A DNA stretch of 64,000 bases from Myxococcaceae bacterium (GCA_036675345.1 JAKFFE010000022.1:127742-191741), one strand, 5' to 3'; counted from the stretch's first letter, positions 19,417-28,718 are shown. Numbers and translations are program-made. The notes: a model not told the origin generated them from the letters alone.

Positions 19417-19945
19417 GTGCTCTCGTCGGTTCCGGGAGAAGGGCAGGGGATCGTTCGACCGTGAGGCGCTGGGCCTTCCTTCTCGCTCATTCTTTGAGCT
19501 GCTCCGCAGGGAACACCCGGAGTTGGTGCAGTACGCGCAGATGGAGGCCGCCAGTGACGTGGGCCCGTTCGAGGTCGTCCTCGAGATTCCGTCTCCCACT
19601 GGAGATCCCAGTCGGAAGATCGTGTTCTGGATGGATCATGGCGAACCGAGTCTTGGTTTTGGCTCCTGGCACACTCACGCCAGCGTGGCGGCGCCTGGCC
19701 AGGAACGAGGCGTGGCCCAGTGGAGCGCACTCATCGGGCTGCTGACGGCGATTCTCACCGACCAGTTCGTGCTCTTCGTGGATCTGGAAGGTGGGTCCCC
19801 CGGGTTCGAAGGCGTGCTCGACCTTCGTGAACCGGACGCGTTGCTGGAGCAGCTGACCGGGAGGTCGGCACCGCTCCGCATCCGCCTCCGGTCCTGGGGC
19901 GGGACGGCAGACCGGGAGCTGACGGCTGGCGATCTCAGGCTCTAG
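19385..19945 (+). CDS. Hypothetical protein (true start probably internal, e.g. ATG near 19541)
   Basis: Open frame in the lower-GC insertion. The C-terminal two-thirds (FEVVLEIPSPTGD...FVLFVDLEGGSPGFEGVLDLREP) are non-repetitive. The 5' end overlaps mvaD and is probably not translated. Confidence 0.35.
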   Translation: MRDWWRSTCSRCSRRFREKGRGSFDREALGLPSRSFFELLRREHPELVQYAQMEAASDVGPFEVVLEIPSPTGDPSRKIVFWMDHGEPSLGFGSWHTHASVAAPGQERGVAQWSALIGLLTAILTDQFVLFVDLEGGSPGFEGVLDLREPDALLEQLTGRSAPLRIRLRSWGGTADRELTAGDLRL

Positions 19946-19965
19946 CGCGGGCTCGGAAGCCGACC

Positions 19966-20057
19966 CCCCGGACGAACTCGCACGGCCGGCCTACTTCGTC
20001 CGGGGTTTCGGCGGTTTGGCCGGACGAACTCTCATTGCGCGCCTAGTTCGTCCGGGG
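19966..20057. repeat. Copy A of a ~92-bp element made of two palindromic hairpin units (CCGGACGAA...TTCGTCCGG)
   Basis: cccggacgaactcgcacggccggcctacttcgtccggggtttcggcggtttggccggacgaactctcattgcgcgcctagttcgtccgggg. Each half folds as a 9-10 bp stem. Near-identical to copy B. Confidence 0.7.
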
Positions 20058-20303
20058 GCTTGAGTTAGGGAGGCCGGTGCAGGGCTCATGGGTCCGCCAC
20101 CCCAGGGGACACCCCACCCTCATTGACGAGGCCTATTCGGGAAGCTCGCGTTGACGAGCTGGCCATAGGCGGTCCACCGGGGATCATCGTTGGTCTCCAT
20201 CTCGATGCGATCTTCCAAGCCAACTCGTACCTCCGGTTCTGAATGAGCCACCCAGCCACCGGCCTCAGCCCGGCACGCACCTCTCGGCAGGACCGAAGGT
20301 GAC

Positions 20304-20669
20304 TCAGCCCTTTCGGTCCTTGCGGGTGAACAGCCAGCGCCAAGCCCTGGAAGGGCGATCTCCGAAGGAGACCGCGCGGCTGTCGTCGGGTGGCAGAACG
20401 CCGGTCTCCAGGATGAGCAAATGCGCCTCAAGCCGCTCCAACTGCTCCCGAGCGTAGGCTGGATCCTTCGCGCGGATGTCAGCGTCATCCAGGAAGTGCC
20501 ACAGGGAGTGCGGCATTCCATGGACCTTGGGCGAGGTCCTGATCCGTTCCTTCACTTCGATGGCTTCCCCATACCAATGCATCAGCTCGGCCTTGGTGTG
20601 GGGATTCAAGGCGACGAGCCGGCGGAGATCGGCTGCGAGCGCCTGCGGGCCGTAAAGCGACGAACTCAC
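20304..20669 (-). CDS. Hypothetical small protein (~121 aa) between the two hairpin-repeat copies
   Basis: The protein-like segment ...MHWYGEAIEVKERIRTSPKVHGMPHSLWHFLDDADIRAKDPAYAREQLERLEAHLLILETG... runs up to a GTG at 20669. The longer ORF-track extension (to 21191) translates through repeat copy B. Confidence 0.4.
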   Translation of the reverse strand: MSSSLYGPQALAADLRRLVALNPHTKAELMHWYGEAIEVKERIRTSPKVHGMPHSLWHFLDDADIRAKDPAYAREQLERLEAHLLILETGVLPPDDSRAVSFGDRPSRAWRWLFTRKDRKG

Positions 20670-20720
20670 CGGGACGAGCCTACAGCGGGGGAATCGAGGG
20701 GCGAAGTCACTCGCAGTTCG

Positions 20721-20813
20721 CCCCGGACGAACTCGCATTGCCCGCCTACTTCGTCCGGGGTTTCGGCGGTTTGGCGGACGAACTCGCATCGCCCGCCTAG
20801 TTCGTCCGGTGGG
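20721..20813. repeat. Copy B of the ~92-bp double-hairpin element
   Basis: ccccggacgaactcgcattgcccgcctacttcgtccggggtttcggcggtttggcggacgaactcgcatcgcccgcctagttcgtccgg. Over 90% identical to copy A, in the same orientation. Confidence 0.7.
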
Positions 20814-20915
20814 ATGGGTTCCGCAGTCCGGTGCACGGTCATTGGGCGTTCGAGTCCTGTTGTGGGTTGACACCGCGGACTCGCCCCCCGGCCCCTCGCG
20901 CCGTATGAAGCGGTC

Positions 20916-21998
20916 ATGAGTGGTCGCATGCAGCGGGCCCTGTCCGCGCCCGGAAAGCTGTTCCTCGCTGGCGAGTACGCCGTCCTCTGGGGCGGCACCG
21001 CGCGGATTGCCGCGGTGGGCCCGCGGACCTTTGCCAGTGTCCGCCGCCGCGAGGATCGCGAGGTGCATCTGGTGCTCGCCGATGGACGGCTGGTCGGCCA
21101 CAGCACCCCGATCGGCGTGAACTGGGGCGCCGCGGTTCCGGATGGCTTCCGGTTCGCCGCCCGTGCGGTGGGAGAGGCGTACCGGGCCCACGGGAAGGAG
21201 TCGCTGGGCCTCGAGTTGGCCCTCTCCCCCTCACCGCAGGCCTCCAATGGCCGCAAGCTGGGGCTGGGCGGATCGGCCCGCGCGGCGGTGCTGGCTTCGG
21301 AGGCCGCTCGCTACGTGCTGGAGGAGCGGTTCGACGCGTTGAAGCTGGCGATGCTCTCCCACGCCCTGGAGCAGGGGATGAAGGGCAGCGGCGGGGACGT
21401 GGCCGCCATCTTCGCCGGCGGGCTGATCCGATACCGTCGCTATCCACTGGAAGGGCTGGCCTCGGCCTCCTCCACCGGGCAGCTCGGCGCGTCGCTGCTG
21501 TCTTCGCCCCCGGTGGAGCTGTGGCGGGTTCCGGTGAAGACCTCCTTCCTCTCCTATGCATTCACTGGCGAGAGCGCGTCCACCCCCAAGCTGATCGCCC
21601 GCGCCGAGGCGAAGCTGGACGACCGGGCGCGGGAGGACTTCGTGCTCCGCTCCGACTCCGCCGGCCGGGCATTGGAGGAGGCTCTGGTGGCCTCCGACTT
21701 TTCCCGGCTGCGCGAGGCGGTGGAGGAGTGCCGGGCGCTGCTGCGTGAGCTGGGTGCACTGGAGACCCCCTCCGCCGAGCAGATCCTGGCGTTGGCCAAG
21801 ACCTTCGGTGGCACCGGGAAGACCTCCGGCGCCGGGGGAGGCGATGTCTGCGTGTTGTTCTCTCCGGACGCGGCGGCCCAGCAGGAGTTGCTGGACGGCC
21901 TGGCGGCTCGTGGCTTCTTCGCCCAGGCCGCGCCCCTCGAGCCCGGCCTGCGCGGCGAGGTCACCCCGGATCCCAGCCTCCAAGGCTGGCTGGAGTGA
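20916..21998 (+). CDS. Phosphomevalonate kinase (GHMP family, ERG8-type)
   Basis: SAPGKLFLAGEYAVL at the N-terminus. GHMP motif GLGGSARAAV. GTGKTSGAGGGDVCVLF near the C-terminus. Completes the mevalonate lower pathway. Confidence 0.8.
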   Translation: MSGRMQRALSAPGKLFLAGEYAVLWGGTARIAAVGPRTFASVRRREDREVHLVLADGRLVGHSTPIGVNWGAAVPDGFRFAARAVGEAYRAHGKESLGLELALSPSPQASNGRKLGLGGSARAAVLASEAARYVLEERFDALKLAMLSHALEQGMKGSGGDVAAIFAGGLIRYRRYPLEGLASASSTGQLGASLLSSPPVELWRVPVKTSFLSYAFTGESASTPKLIARAEAKLDDRAREDFVLRSDSAGRALEEALVASDFSRLREAVEECRALLRELGALETPSAEQILALAKTFGGTGKTSGAGGGDVCVLFSPDAAAQQELLDGLAARGFFAQAAPLEPGLRGEVTPDPSLQGWLE

Positions 21999-22001
21999 GC
22001 G

Positions 22002-23081
22002 TCAGGGATGGGCGCTGGGAACCCGGCGCTTCCGGGTGGCCAGGTACGAGACGGCGGCCCCGATCCCCCAGGCTCCCAGCTTGGCCTTCTCCAGCTTGCT
22101 GAGCTTCTCCTCCGGTCCTGCCGGATGGCGGAGGCGATCCCGGTGGGTGGCCCGGGCCCTGGCGTGGACCGACGGCTGGTCCCACGGGCGCTCGGTGTCG
22201 TAGCCCTTCCGTTGGGCCTTCTCGTGCTTGGTCTCGCCGCCCCCGGTGTCCTTGACCGACTTGGCCCCGGCGCGTTTTCCCTCCTCCGACTTGTGCTCGA
22301 TGATCGCGTTGATCTCCGCGCCCATCAGCAAGACCTGGGCGGAGATCCACATCCACAGCAGCATGACGATGATCCCGCCCAGCGCGCCGTAGGTGGCCTC
22401 GTACTTGCCGAAGTTGCTGACGTACTTGCTGAAGCCATACGAGGCCAGCACCCACACCAGCACGCCGATCACCGAACCGGGGGTGATGAACTTGAACTTC
22501 TGCTGCACGTCCGGGAGCGCGTAGTACAGCATCGCCCACACGAACATCATCAGCAGGCCGGCCATCGGCATTCGCAGCCAGACGATGAGGGTCCCCACCG
22601 GCCCTCCCACCCAGGCGGCCACCGCCGGGATGGCGATCGCGATCATCGCCGCCGACAGCACCAGCACCGCGGTGATCAGCACCATCAGGATCGCGATCCC
22701 CCGCACCTTCCAGAAGGGCCGGCCCTCTTCCACCCCGTAGGTGGTGTTCAAAGCGCGGATCAGCGCGTTCATCCCTCCGGAGGCCGCCCAGATCGCGGTC
22801 AGCGCCGAGAGCCCCAGCACACTTCCGCTCTCGGCCGTGGTCAGCGACTTGAGCCGCTCCGCCAGGATGTTGGTCACGTCCGGCGGCGCCACCTGACCCA
22901 GCTGGGTGATCAGCTCCTGGGTCTGGGCGGGATCGATCACCACCCCCGCCAGGGCCACCAGGAAGAGGATGAACGGGAACAGGGCCAGCACCCCGGCGAA
23001 GGTCACCGCGCCGGCGACGTCGCTGATCCGGTCCTTCTTGAACTCCAGCTTCAGGGCCTTGAAGAACTCGCCGAGGCTCAT
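22002..23081 (-). CDS. YihY/BrkB (virulence factor BrkB / RNase BN-like) family membrane protein
   Basis: MSLGEFFKALKLEFKKDRISDVAGAVTFAGVLALFP is the typical YihY N-terminus. Six TM helices and a Lys/Glu-rich tail. Confidence 0.8.
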   Translation of the reverse strand: MSLGEFFKALKLEFKKDRISDVAGAVTFAGVLALFPFILFLVALAGVVIDPAQTQELITQLGQVAPPDVTNILAERLKSLTTAESGSVLGLSALTAIWAASGGMNALIRALNTTYGVEEGRPFWKVRGIAILMVLITAVLVLSAAMIAIAIPAVAAWVGGPVGTLIVWLRMPMAGLLMMFVWAMLYYALPDVQQKFKFITPGSVIGVLVWVLASYGFSKYVSNFGKYEATYGALGGIIVMLLWMWISAQVLLMGAEINAIIEHKSEEGKRAGAKSVKDTGGGETKHEKAQRKGYDTERPWDQPSVHARARATHRDRLRHPAGPEEKLSKLEKAKLGAWGIGAAVSYLATRKRRVPSAHP

Positions 23082-23187
23082 CCCGTGTCCTGGAAATCTC
23101 ATGCTGAAGGCTCCCCCTTGGGGCTCAAGCTGTGGATGGAATTGGCGGGGATGCACCCAGCAGGCAGGCAGGGCAGCGGCCCCTCCC

Positions 23188-24357
23188 TCAGAAGATGTGC
23201 CCGAACGTCACGTAGAAGGCCGGGCGCCAGGTCTCGGTGGAGACGGCGGCGTCGAAGCGGACCACCGCCGCGCGCCGGGCGGCCCTCAGCCCCAGCCCGG
23301 TCCCCGGATGCCAGGCGTGCCAGGGGCCGTCCTCGACCCCCGGATGCCAGACCCGACCGGCGTCGAAGAAGCCCACCACCCCCAGCTTCACCGGGGCGTT
23401 GAACAGCTTGAAGTCGGTGACCTGCACCCGCAGCTCGGTGTTGGAGATCAGCTTGGTGTTCCCGGCGAAGCGGTTCCGCGGCACGCCCCGGACACTGGAG
23501 AGCCCGCCCACCCCTTCGGTGTAGGAGATCCCTCCCAGGTTGGGCCACTCGAAGAAGGGGACGTCTCCCAGCAGCGCGTCGAACAAGAAGCGCTGGGCGA
23601 ACACCACCCGGTCGGTGAGCCGGAAGTAGCGCCGCTCGACCAGGGTGATCCCCACGTAGCTGTACCGGCTGCCCACGCCCCGTAGCGAGGCGCGCACCCC
23701 GAACTCCTCCGCCCCTCCGGAGGTGGCGTCCGCCTCGTTGTCCCGGGTGTCCCACAGCGCGCCGGCCAGCAGTTGTCCTGTCTCCCCGCCGGTGAGCCCC
23801 TGGGGTCGCTGCTCCTCCAGGATCGAGCCGTCGAACGCGGTCACCTCCGTCTTGCGGTAGGCGAGCCCCCCGTACACCTCCAGCGGGGACTCCGCTCCTC
23901 CGGGCCGTCCCCGCAGCCGGACCCACAGCCCGGGCGCGAAGCGCTCGTAGTTGAACCGTGGATCGCGCAGGTCGCCCCCAAAGTCGGGCGCGGAGAGGTT
24001 CCCGCCACCGAAGTAGGGGGCCAGCAGCTCGCGGCGGTACTCGAACCGGGCCTCCAGCCGGAACGGACCCAGCAGCCGCGGACCGTCGTAGCGCAGGTAG
24101 TGGTTCCGGACCCCGGTGGTGGTGGCGAACGCCTGGATGGCGATCGCGTGCCGGTAGGGCGTGTACCCGGGCGAATAGAAGTAGGCCCCGGCCACGGCTC
24201 CGTAGCCGACGCCCTGATCGCTGTTGAAGGAGACCAGCGGCAGGACGATCGCGTCGAAGGCGCGCGCCGGCTCGGCTTCTGCCGACTCCTCCTGCGCGCT
24301 GGCCCCGGGCGCGCCCAGGAGCAGCATCAGCAGCAGTGTCCTCGCCCAGGTTCCCAT
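23188..24357 (-). CDS. Outer-membrane beta-barrel protein (Omp85/surface-antigen-like barrel, no obvious POTRA)
   Basis: Signal peptide MGTWARTLLLMLLLGAPGASAQ. Alternating hydrophobic beta-strand pattern. C-terminal ...FYVTFGHIF with a terminal Phe. Confidence 0.6.
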   Translation of the reverse strand: MGTWARTLLLMLLLGAPGASAQEESAEAEPARAFDAIVLPLVSFNSDQGVGYGAVAGAYFYSPGYTPYRHAIAIQAFATTTGVRNHYLRYDGPRLLGPFRLEARFEYRRELLAPYFGGGNLSAPDFGGDLRDPRFNYERFAPGLWVRLRGRPGGAESPLEVYGGLAYRKTEVTAFDGSILEEQRPQGLTGGETGQLLAGALWDTRDNEADATSGGAEEFGVRASLRGVGSRYSYVGITLVERRYFRLTDRVVFAQRFLFDALLGDVPFFEWPNLGGISYTEGVGGLSSVRGVPRNRFAGNTKLISNTELRVQVTDFKLFNAPVKLGVVGFFDAGRVWHPGVEDGPWHAWHPGTGLGLRAARRAAVVRFDAAVSTETWRPAFYVTFGHIF

Positions 24358-24517
24358 CGTGTGGAAGCTGAGGCCTCCGGCGTGGCCTGCACGCAAGCCG
24401 TCAGGAGCGGTGCCAAGCCCGATCGGAAAGCGACCAGGCAGCCTCCCCCCGCTCGCCTGCTCCACCGTGCCGCCCTCCGTCCCCGGGGCCATATTGCTGA
24501 ACCAGAAAGGGGAGGGC

Positions 24518-25612
24518 ATGCGCGCAGCGGACAGGACCCGGGGCAGTGTGGCGCTCAAGACGCTGCTGGCGCTGCTGGGGGTGGCGATCTCCGCGGTGCT
24601 GCTCTCCACCGTGTTCTTCCAGTGGAGCTTCGACGGGGTGGGGCCGATGCTCACCCCCCGGTTCTCGCTGCGGGACTTCGCCAGCGACCTGCCGCAGCAC
24701 CTGACCTGGATGCTGCCCTTCATCCTGCTCTCGGCGGCGATCATCCCGCTGCGGGCCGTCCAGTGGCAGCGGGCGCTGAAGAAGAAGGTCCCGCTGAGCG
24801 AGCGCTACCACCTGGTGGCGATCGGCGCGTTTGCCAACAACGCCGTCCCCGGGAAGCTGGGGGACGTGGTCCGCGCCTTCCTGATGGCCCGGACCCAGCG
24901 GCTGCCGTTCATCTCCACCATCGGGTCGATCGCCGTCTGCAAGCTGATGGAGACCGCCGCCCTGATGGTGCTGGTGGCGGTGACCCTGCTGGGGCCGTTT
25001 GGCGCCGCCACCGAGAGCTTCGCCGGCACCCTGCGGGTGGCGATCCCGGTGCTGTTGGGGCTGGTGGTGCTGGTGATCGCCTTGGCCCACTTCGCCCCCA
25101 ACCTGGCCGCCGGGCTGCACCGCAAGGGGAAGCTGCACCGCACCCAGGAGGTGCTGATCTCCATCGGCGAGGGGCTGGGCGCTGCCCGCTCCTTCCGCGG
25201 GATGTTCCTGCTGCTGTTCTTCTCCATCGGGCCGGTGCTGGCCCCGGCCCTCGGCTACGGGCTGGGGCTGCAAGGGATGGGCATCCCCGGAGGGCTGTTC
25301 GCCGGGCCGGTGGTGCTGGGGGCGATTGCCCTGGGCCAGACCGCGATCGGGGTCCCGGCGGGGCTGGGCATCTACTACTTCGTCACCAGCTGGACCGCCC
25401 GCAGCCTGGGGGCCTCCCCGGACGACGCGGCGGCCTTCGCGGTGCTCACCCACCTCTCCACCATCACCGCGCAGCTGGGGGTGGGGGCGTTCTCCCTCTG
25501 GAAGCGGAAGCTGAAGCTGGGAGACCTGCGCCGCCAGGGCAAGGAGGCCGCCCGCGAGCTGCGCCACGTCCCCCAGGACGCCGACGAGCTGCTGGAGCAC
25601 CAGCCGGTCTAG
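24518..25612 (+). CDS. Flippase-like / UPF0104 (lysylphosphatidylglycerol synthase TM-region-like) membrane protein
   Basis: AAAGGGGAGG RBS. 8 TM helices with the conserved ...RWQRAL...AFANNAVPGKLGDVVRA... motif of the LPG_synthase_TM family. Confidence 0.7.
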   Translation: MRAADRTRGSVALKTLLALLGVAISAVLLSTVFFQWSFDGVGPMLTPRFSLRDFASDLPQHLTWMLPFILLSAAIIPLRAVQWQRALKKKVPLSERYHLVAIGAFANNAVPGKLGDVVRAFLMARTQRLPFISTIGSIAVCKLMETAALMVLVAVTLLGPFGAATESFAGTLRVAIPVLLGLVVLVIALAHFAPNLAAGLHRKGKLHRTQEVLISIGEGLGAARSFRGMFLLLFFSIGPVLAPALGYGLGLQGMGIPGGLFAGPVVLGAIALGQTAIGVPAGLGIYYFVTSWTARSLGASPDDAAAFAVLTHLSTITAQLGVGAFSLWKRKLKLGDLRRQGKEAARELRHVPQDADELLEHQPV

Positions 25613-25628
25613 AGCAGGGCCCGCAAAT

Positions 25629-25660
25629 GAAAAAGGGACCCGGCGAACCGGATCCCTTTC
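25629..25660 (-). terminator. Rho-independent terminator hairpin (probably bidirectional)
   Basis: AAAGGGACCCGG cgaa CCGGATCCCTTT forms a perfect 12-bp stem. On the minus strand it is followed by TTTTTCATTT, directly downstream of tRNA-Leu and downstream of the plus-strand gene ending at 25612. Confidence 0.55.
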
Positions 25661-25664
25661 TCAA

Positions 25665-25748
25665 TGCCCAGGAGAGGACTCGAACCTCCATGCCCTTGCA
25701 GGCGCTAGACCCTGAATCTAGTGTGTCTACCAATTCCACCACCTGGGC
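25665..25748 (-). tRNA. tRNA-Leu (anticodon CAG), class II with long variable arm
   Basis: The reverse complement GCCCAGGTGGTGGAATTGGTAGACACACTAGATTCAGGGTCTAGCGCCTGCAAGGGCATGGAGGTTCGAGTCCTCTCCTGGGCA folds as a cloverleaf: acceptor GCCCAGG/CCTGGGC, anticodon loop TTCAGGG, T-arm GGTTCGAGTCC. CCA is not encoded. Confidence 0.85.
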
Positions 25749-25803
25749 GGCGGCGTTCGAAGCGGGCGGGTTTGTATCGATCCGGCTCCCACCCGTCAAG
25801 CGT

Positions 25804-26181
25804 TTACTTCTTCGGTGGCCAACGTCCCTCGGCCTCGAGTTGTTTCCGGATCACCGGGTTCTCGTCCATGAACGCGGTCAGTGACTCCTGGGTGATCTCC
25901 ACCAACAAGTCGGTCGAGCCCACCTCGGCCTGACAACCGAGGCGTGAAAACTCCCGGACGTCGAAGGCCTGGTCCAGCCGGTCCATCTCCTCGTCGCTCT
26001 GCTCGGAGAGGGTGTCCAGGCCCTTGCGCACCCACACATGGCAGGTGGAGCAGGCGCAGACCCCGCCGCACACATGCCCCACCTGGGCCTCGGCCTTCTC
26101 CGCCGCGTCCAGGATGGTGCACCCCGAGGCGACCTCGATGACCTTCTCCTCCAGCGGGCTCTTGAAGGTGATCTTCGGCAC
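25804..26181 (-). CDS. fdx: [2Fe-2S] ferredoxin of the ISC system
   Basis: Adrenodoxin-type ligands CGGVCACSTCHV ... C. 125 aa, directly downstream of hscA. Confidence 0.85.
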   Translation of the reverse strand: MPKITFKSPLEEKVIEVASGCTILDAAEKAEAQVGHVCGGVCACSTCHVWVRKGLDTLSEQSDEEMDRLDQAFDVREFSRLGCQAEVGSTDLLVEITQESLTAFMDENPVIRKQLEAEGRWPPKK

Positions 26182-28026
26182 CTAGTACTCCTCCACCGAG
26201 TGCCCGGAGACCGCCCGGGTGATCGCCTGGTTCATGATCCGCTCCACGAACGGCTTGGACTGGTCGTCCAGCGCGTGGATCGCGGCCTTGATCGCCAGGT
26301 GGTCCCGACCCCGGGAGACCTCGGAGACAGTCTTCATCATCCCCCGCAAGGTCGCCTCCTCGCCCGGCTCCAACAGCCCCCGGTGCTGGGTCAGCTGCTT
26401 CTCGGCGTCGGTGAGGATCCGCTCCGCCTCCACCTGCTGCTCGCGGAGCAGGCGGGCCTGGATGTCCTCCTCCCCATGCTCGATGGAGTCCAGCAGCATG
26501 GTCTCCACCTCCTCGTCGGTCAGCCCGTGGGAGGGCTTGACGGTGATCTCCTGCTTCACCCCGGTGCTCTGCTCCAGGGCGGAGACGTGGAGGATGCCGT
26601 CGGCGTCCACCTGGAACTTCACCTCGATGCGGGCCATCCCGGCGGGCAGGGCGGGGATGCCGCCCAGACGGAAGCGGGCCAGCGAGCGGCAGTCCTCCAC
26701 CAGCTCGCGCTCGCCCTGGACCACGTGGATGTCCATGGCGTTTTGGCCATCCTTGAAGGTGGTGAAGATCTGCGCCGCCGCGGTGGGGATGGTGGAGTTG
26801 CGGGCGATGACCTTCTCCGCCACCCCGCCCATCGTCTCCAGCCCCAGGGACAGGGGGATCACGTCCAGCAGCAGCACCTCGTCCTGACGGTCGGCGTTGG
26901 TCAGCAGGTCCGCCTGGACCGCCGCCCCCAGCGCCACCACCTGGTCGGGATCGATGTCCCCCAGCGGCTGCTTGCCGAACAGCTCGGCCACGAAGCTGCG
27001 CACCGCCGGCACCCGGGTCGAACCGCCGACCAGGATCACCCCGTCCACCTCGGCGACACTCACCCCGGCGTCCTTGAGCGCGCGCCGGCAGACCAGCCCG
27101 GTGCGCTGCACCAGCGGGGCAATCCACTGGTCGAAGTCGGCGCGGGTGACCTTCTCCGCGCGGCCGGCCACCGTCAGCTCCACGCTGTCCGCGTCGGTCA
27201 GGGCCTCCTTGGCCGTCCGGGAGGCGGCCAGCGCGTCCTGGATCTGCCCGGGGGTGGGGGAGGAGATCCCTGCGCCCTCCAGCAACCGGGAGGCGATGGC
27301 GCGGTCGAAGTCGTCCCCGCCCAGCGCCGAATCGCCGCCGGTGGACTTCACCTCGAACACCCCGTCCACCAGCTTGAGGATGGAGACGTCGAAGGTCCCG
27401 CCGCCCAGATCGTAGACCGCGAAGGTCCCCTGGCTGCCCTTGTCCAACCCGTAGGCCAGCGCCGCGGCGGTGGGCTCGTTGATCAGCCGCAGCACCTCCA
27501 GGCCCGCCAGCCGTCCGGCGTCCTTGGTGGCCTGCCGCTGGGCGTCGTCGAAGTAGGCGGGGACGGTGATCACCGCCTGCTCCACCTTGCCGGCGAAGAA
27601 GGACTCGGCGCGGCGCTTGAGCGCGCGCAGGATCTCCCCGGAGACCTCGATCGGGTTCACCGGCTGGCCGCCGGCCACGTCGAACTGGACGATCTTCCCG
27701 CCAGGCAGGAAGCGGTGGGCGCCCAGCTTCCGGGTCTCCGCGTCGTCCGCGCTCTTGCCCATGAAGCGCTTGACCGAGACGATGGTGTCGGTGGGGAACT
27801 CGGAGGCCAGCGCCCGGGCGCGGCTGCCCACGATCACCCCTCCGTCCTTGCCGTAGTGCACCACCGAGGGCAGCAGCCGGGCCCCGCCCTCGTCCGCCTC
27901 CAAGCAGGTGGGCTTGCTGTGCACCACCGCCGCCACCAGCGAGTTGGTGGTGCCCAGGTCGATCCCCACTGCGCGCCCCTTGGGCCGCATCGGATCGTGA
28001 ATCTGCAGAAAGCCGTTCTTGCTCAC
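26182..28026 (-). CDS. hscA: Fe-S cluster assembly chaperone HscA (Hsp70 family)
   Basis: [24 protein letters not shown] and the substrate-binding domain. 614 aa. Adjacent to hscB and fdx. Confidence 0.9.
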   Translation of the reverse strand: MSKNGFLQIHDPMRPKGRAVGIDLGTTNSLVAAVVHSKPTCLEADEGGARLLPSVVHYGKDGGVIVGSRARALASEFPTDTIVSVKRFMGKSADDAETRKLGAHRFLPGGKIVQFDVAGGQPVNPIEVSGEILRALKRRAESFFAGKVEQAVITVPAYFDDAQRQATKDAGRLAGLEVLRLINEPTAAALAYGLDKGSQGTFAVYDLGGGTFDVSILKLVDGVFEVKSTGGDSALGGDDFDRAIASRLLEGAGISSPTPGQIQDALAASRTAKEALTDADSVELTVAGRAEKVTRADFDQWIAPLVQRTGLVCRRALKDAGVSVAEVDGVILVGGSTRVPAVRSFVAELFGKQPLGDIDPDQVVALGAAVQADLLTNADRQDEVLLLDVIPLSLGLETMGGVAEKVIARNSTIPTAAAQIFTTFKDGQNAMDIHVVQGERELVEDCRSLARFRLGGIPALPAGMARIEVKFQVDADGILHVSALEQSTGVKQEITVKPSHGLTDEEVETMLLDSIEHGEEDIQARLLREQQVEAERILTDAEKQLTQHRGLLEPGEEATLRGMMKTVSEVSRGRDHLAIKAAIHALDDQSKPFVERIMNQAITRAVSGHSVEEY

Positions 28027-28652
28027 CCCAGCGCCTCTTCCTCGATTGCCAAAACCTCTTCCAGGAACCGCTGGAAGTACCGGACCCGCCCCAATTGATG
28101 CGAGGCCTCCTTCAAGGCCGCCTCGCCGCCCGTCCCGCCCGCCAGCTGACGCAGCGCCGCCGCCCCCGCCTCCAGGGCCTGCTGCTGCCGCCCCTGCACC
28201 TGGTCTCCCATCTTCTGGGCCAGGGCCACGTCCTTGGACGCCCGCGCGGAGTCCAGCTCCTCGCGCAGCTCCATCACCTCTTCCAGGAACTCCAGCGGCA
28301 TGTCCTTCTGCGCGCCGGCGTCCTCCCGGTCCAGGTCAATCCCGTGCAGCTTGAGCAGGTAGAAGCCGCGGCGGATCGGATCCTTGAGCGTCTTGTACGC
28401 CTCGTTGAGCGCGGTGGTGTGCTCCAGCGACAGCCGGCGTTCCTTGGCCTCGGCCTGGGCAAAGCGATCCGGGTGCAGCTTGAGCGACAGCTCGCGGAAC
28501 AGCTTCTCCAGCGCCGCGGTGTCCACGTCGTACCCGCGGGGGATCCCGAACACCTCGAAGTGCGAGGCCCCCGGGGGCCGGGGAGCGATCTTCCCGCAGG
28601 AGGGGCAGAAGGCCTTGCCGCCCGTGCCCGCACCACAGCTCCAGCACTTCAT
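28023..28652 (-). CDS. hscB: Co-chaperone HscB (J-domain) with an N-terminal CxxC...CxxC zinc finger
   Basis: [20 protein letters not shown] precedes the J-domain ([11 protein letters not shown] motif) and the C-terminal helical bundle. The start at 28652 was chosen over the GTG at 28691. Confidence 0.8.
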   Translation of the reverse strand: MKCWSCGAGTGGKAFCPSCGKIAPRPPGASHFEVFGIPRGYDVDTAALEKLFRELSLKLHPDRFAQAEAKERRLSLEHTTALNEAYKTLKDPIRRGFYLLKLHGIDLDREDAGAQKDMPLEFLEEVMELREELDSARASKDVALAQKMGDQVQGRQQQALEAGAAALRQLAGGTGGEAALKEASHQLGRVRYFQRFLEEVLAIEEEALG

Positions 28653-28718
28653 CTCCAAGACATCACCTGATCCCGTGCACGGAAGGGTCACCGGCCCCGC
28701 GCGAGCGCCGGCGGACCG

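Noticed and set aside
19966-20813. Whether the four ~36-nt hairpin units constitute a CRISPR array.
   Set aside because: There are only four units with irregular spacing (14-17 nt, then about 660 nt, then about 17 nt). The units are palindromic as DNA hairpins, the intervening sequence contains a protein-coding gene, and no cas genes are present.
20421-20870. 149-aa plus-strand ORF antisense to the small minus-strand gene in the insertion.
   Set aside because: Its translation is Ser/Pro/Arg-rich and runs through repeat copy B. The minus-strand frame has the more protein-like composition. Neither is strongly supported.
20860-20915. TTGACA hexamer upstream of the phosphomevalonate kinase start as a dedicated promoter.
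   Set aside because: No acceptable -10 element at 16-19 nt spacing was found, so it cannot be called from sequence alone.
28653-28691. Alternative GTG start extending HscB by 13 residues (MTLPCTGSGDVLE).
   Set aside because: The extension is not part of the zinc-finger or J-domain pattern. The ATG at 28652 immediately precedes the CxxC motif, although its Shine-Dalgarno spacing is short, so this is uncertain.
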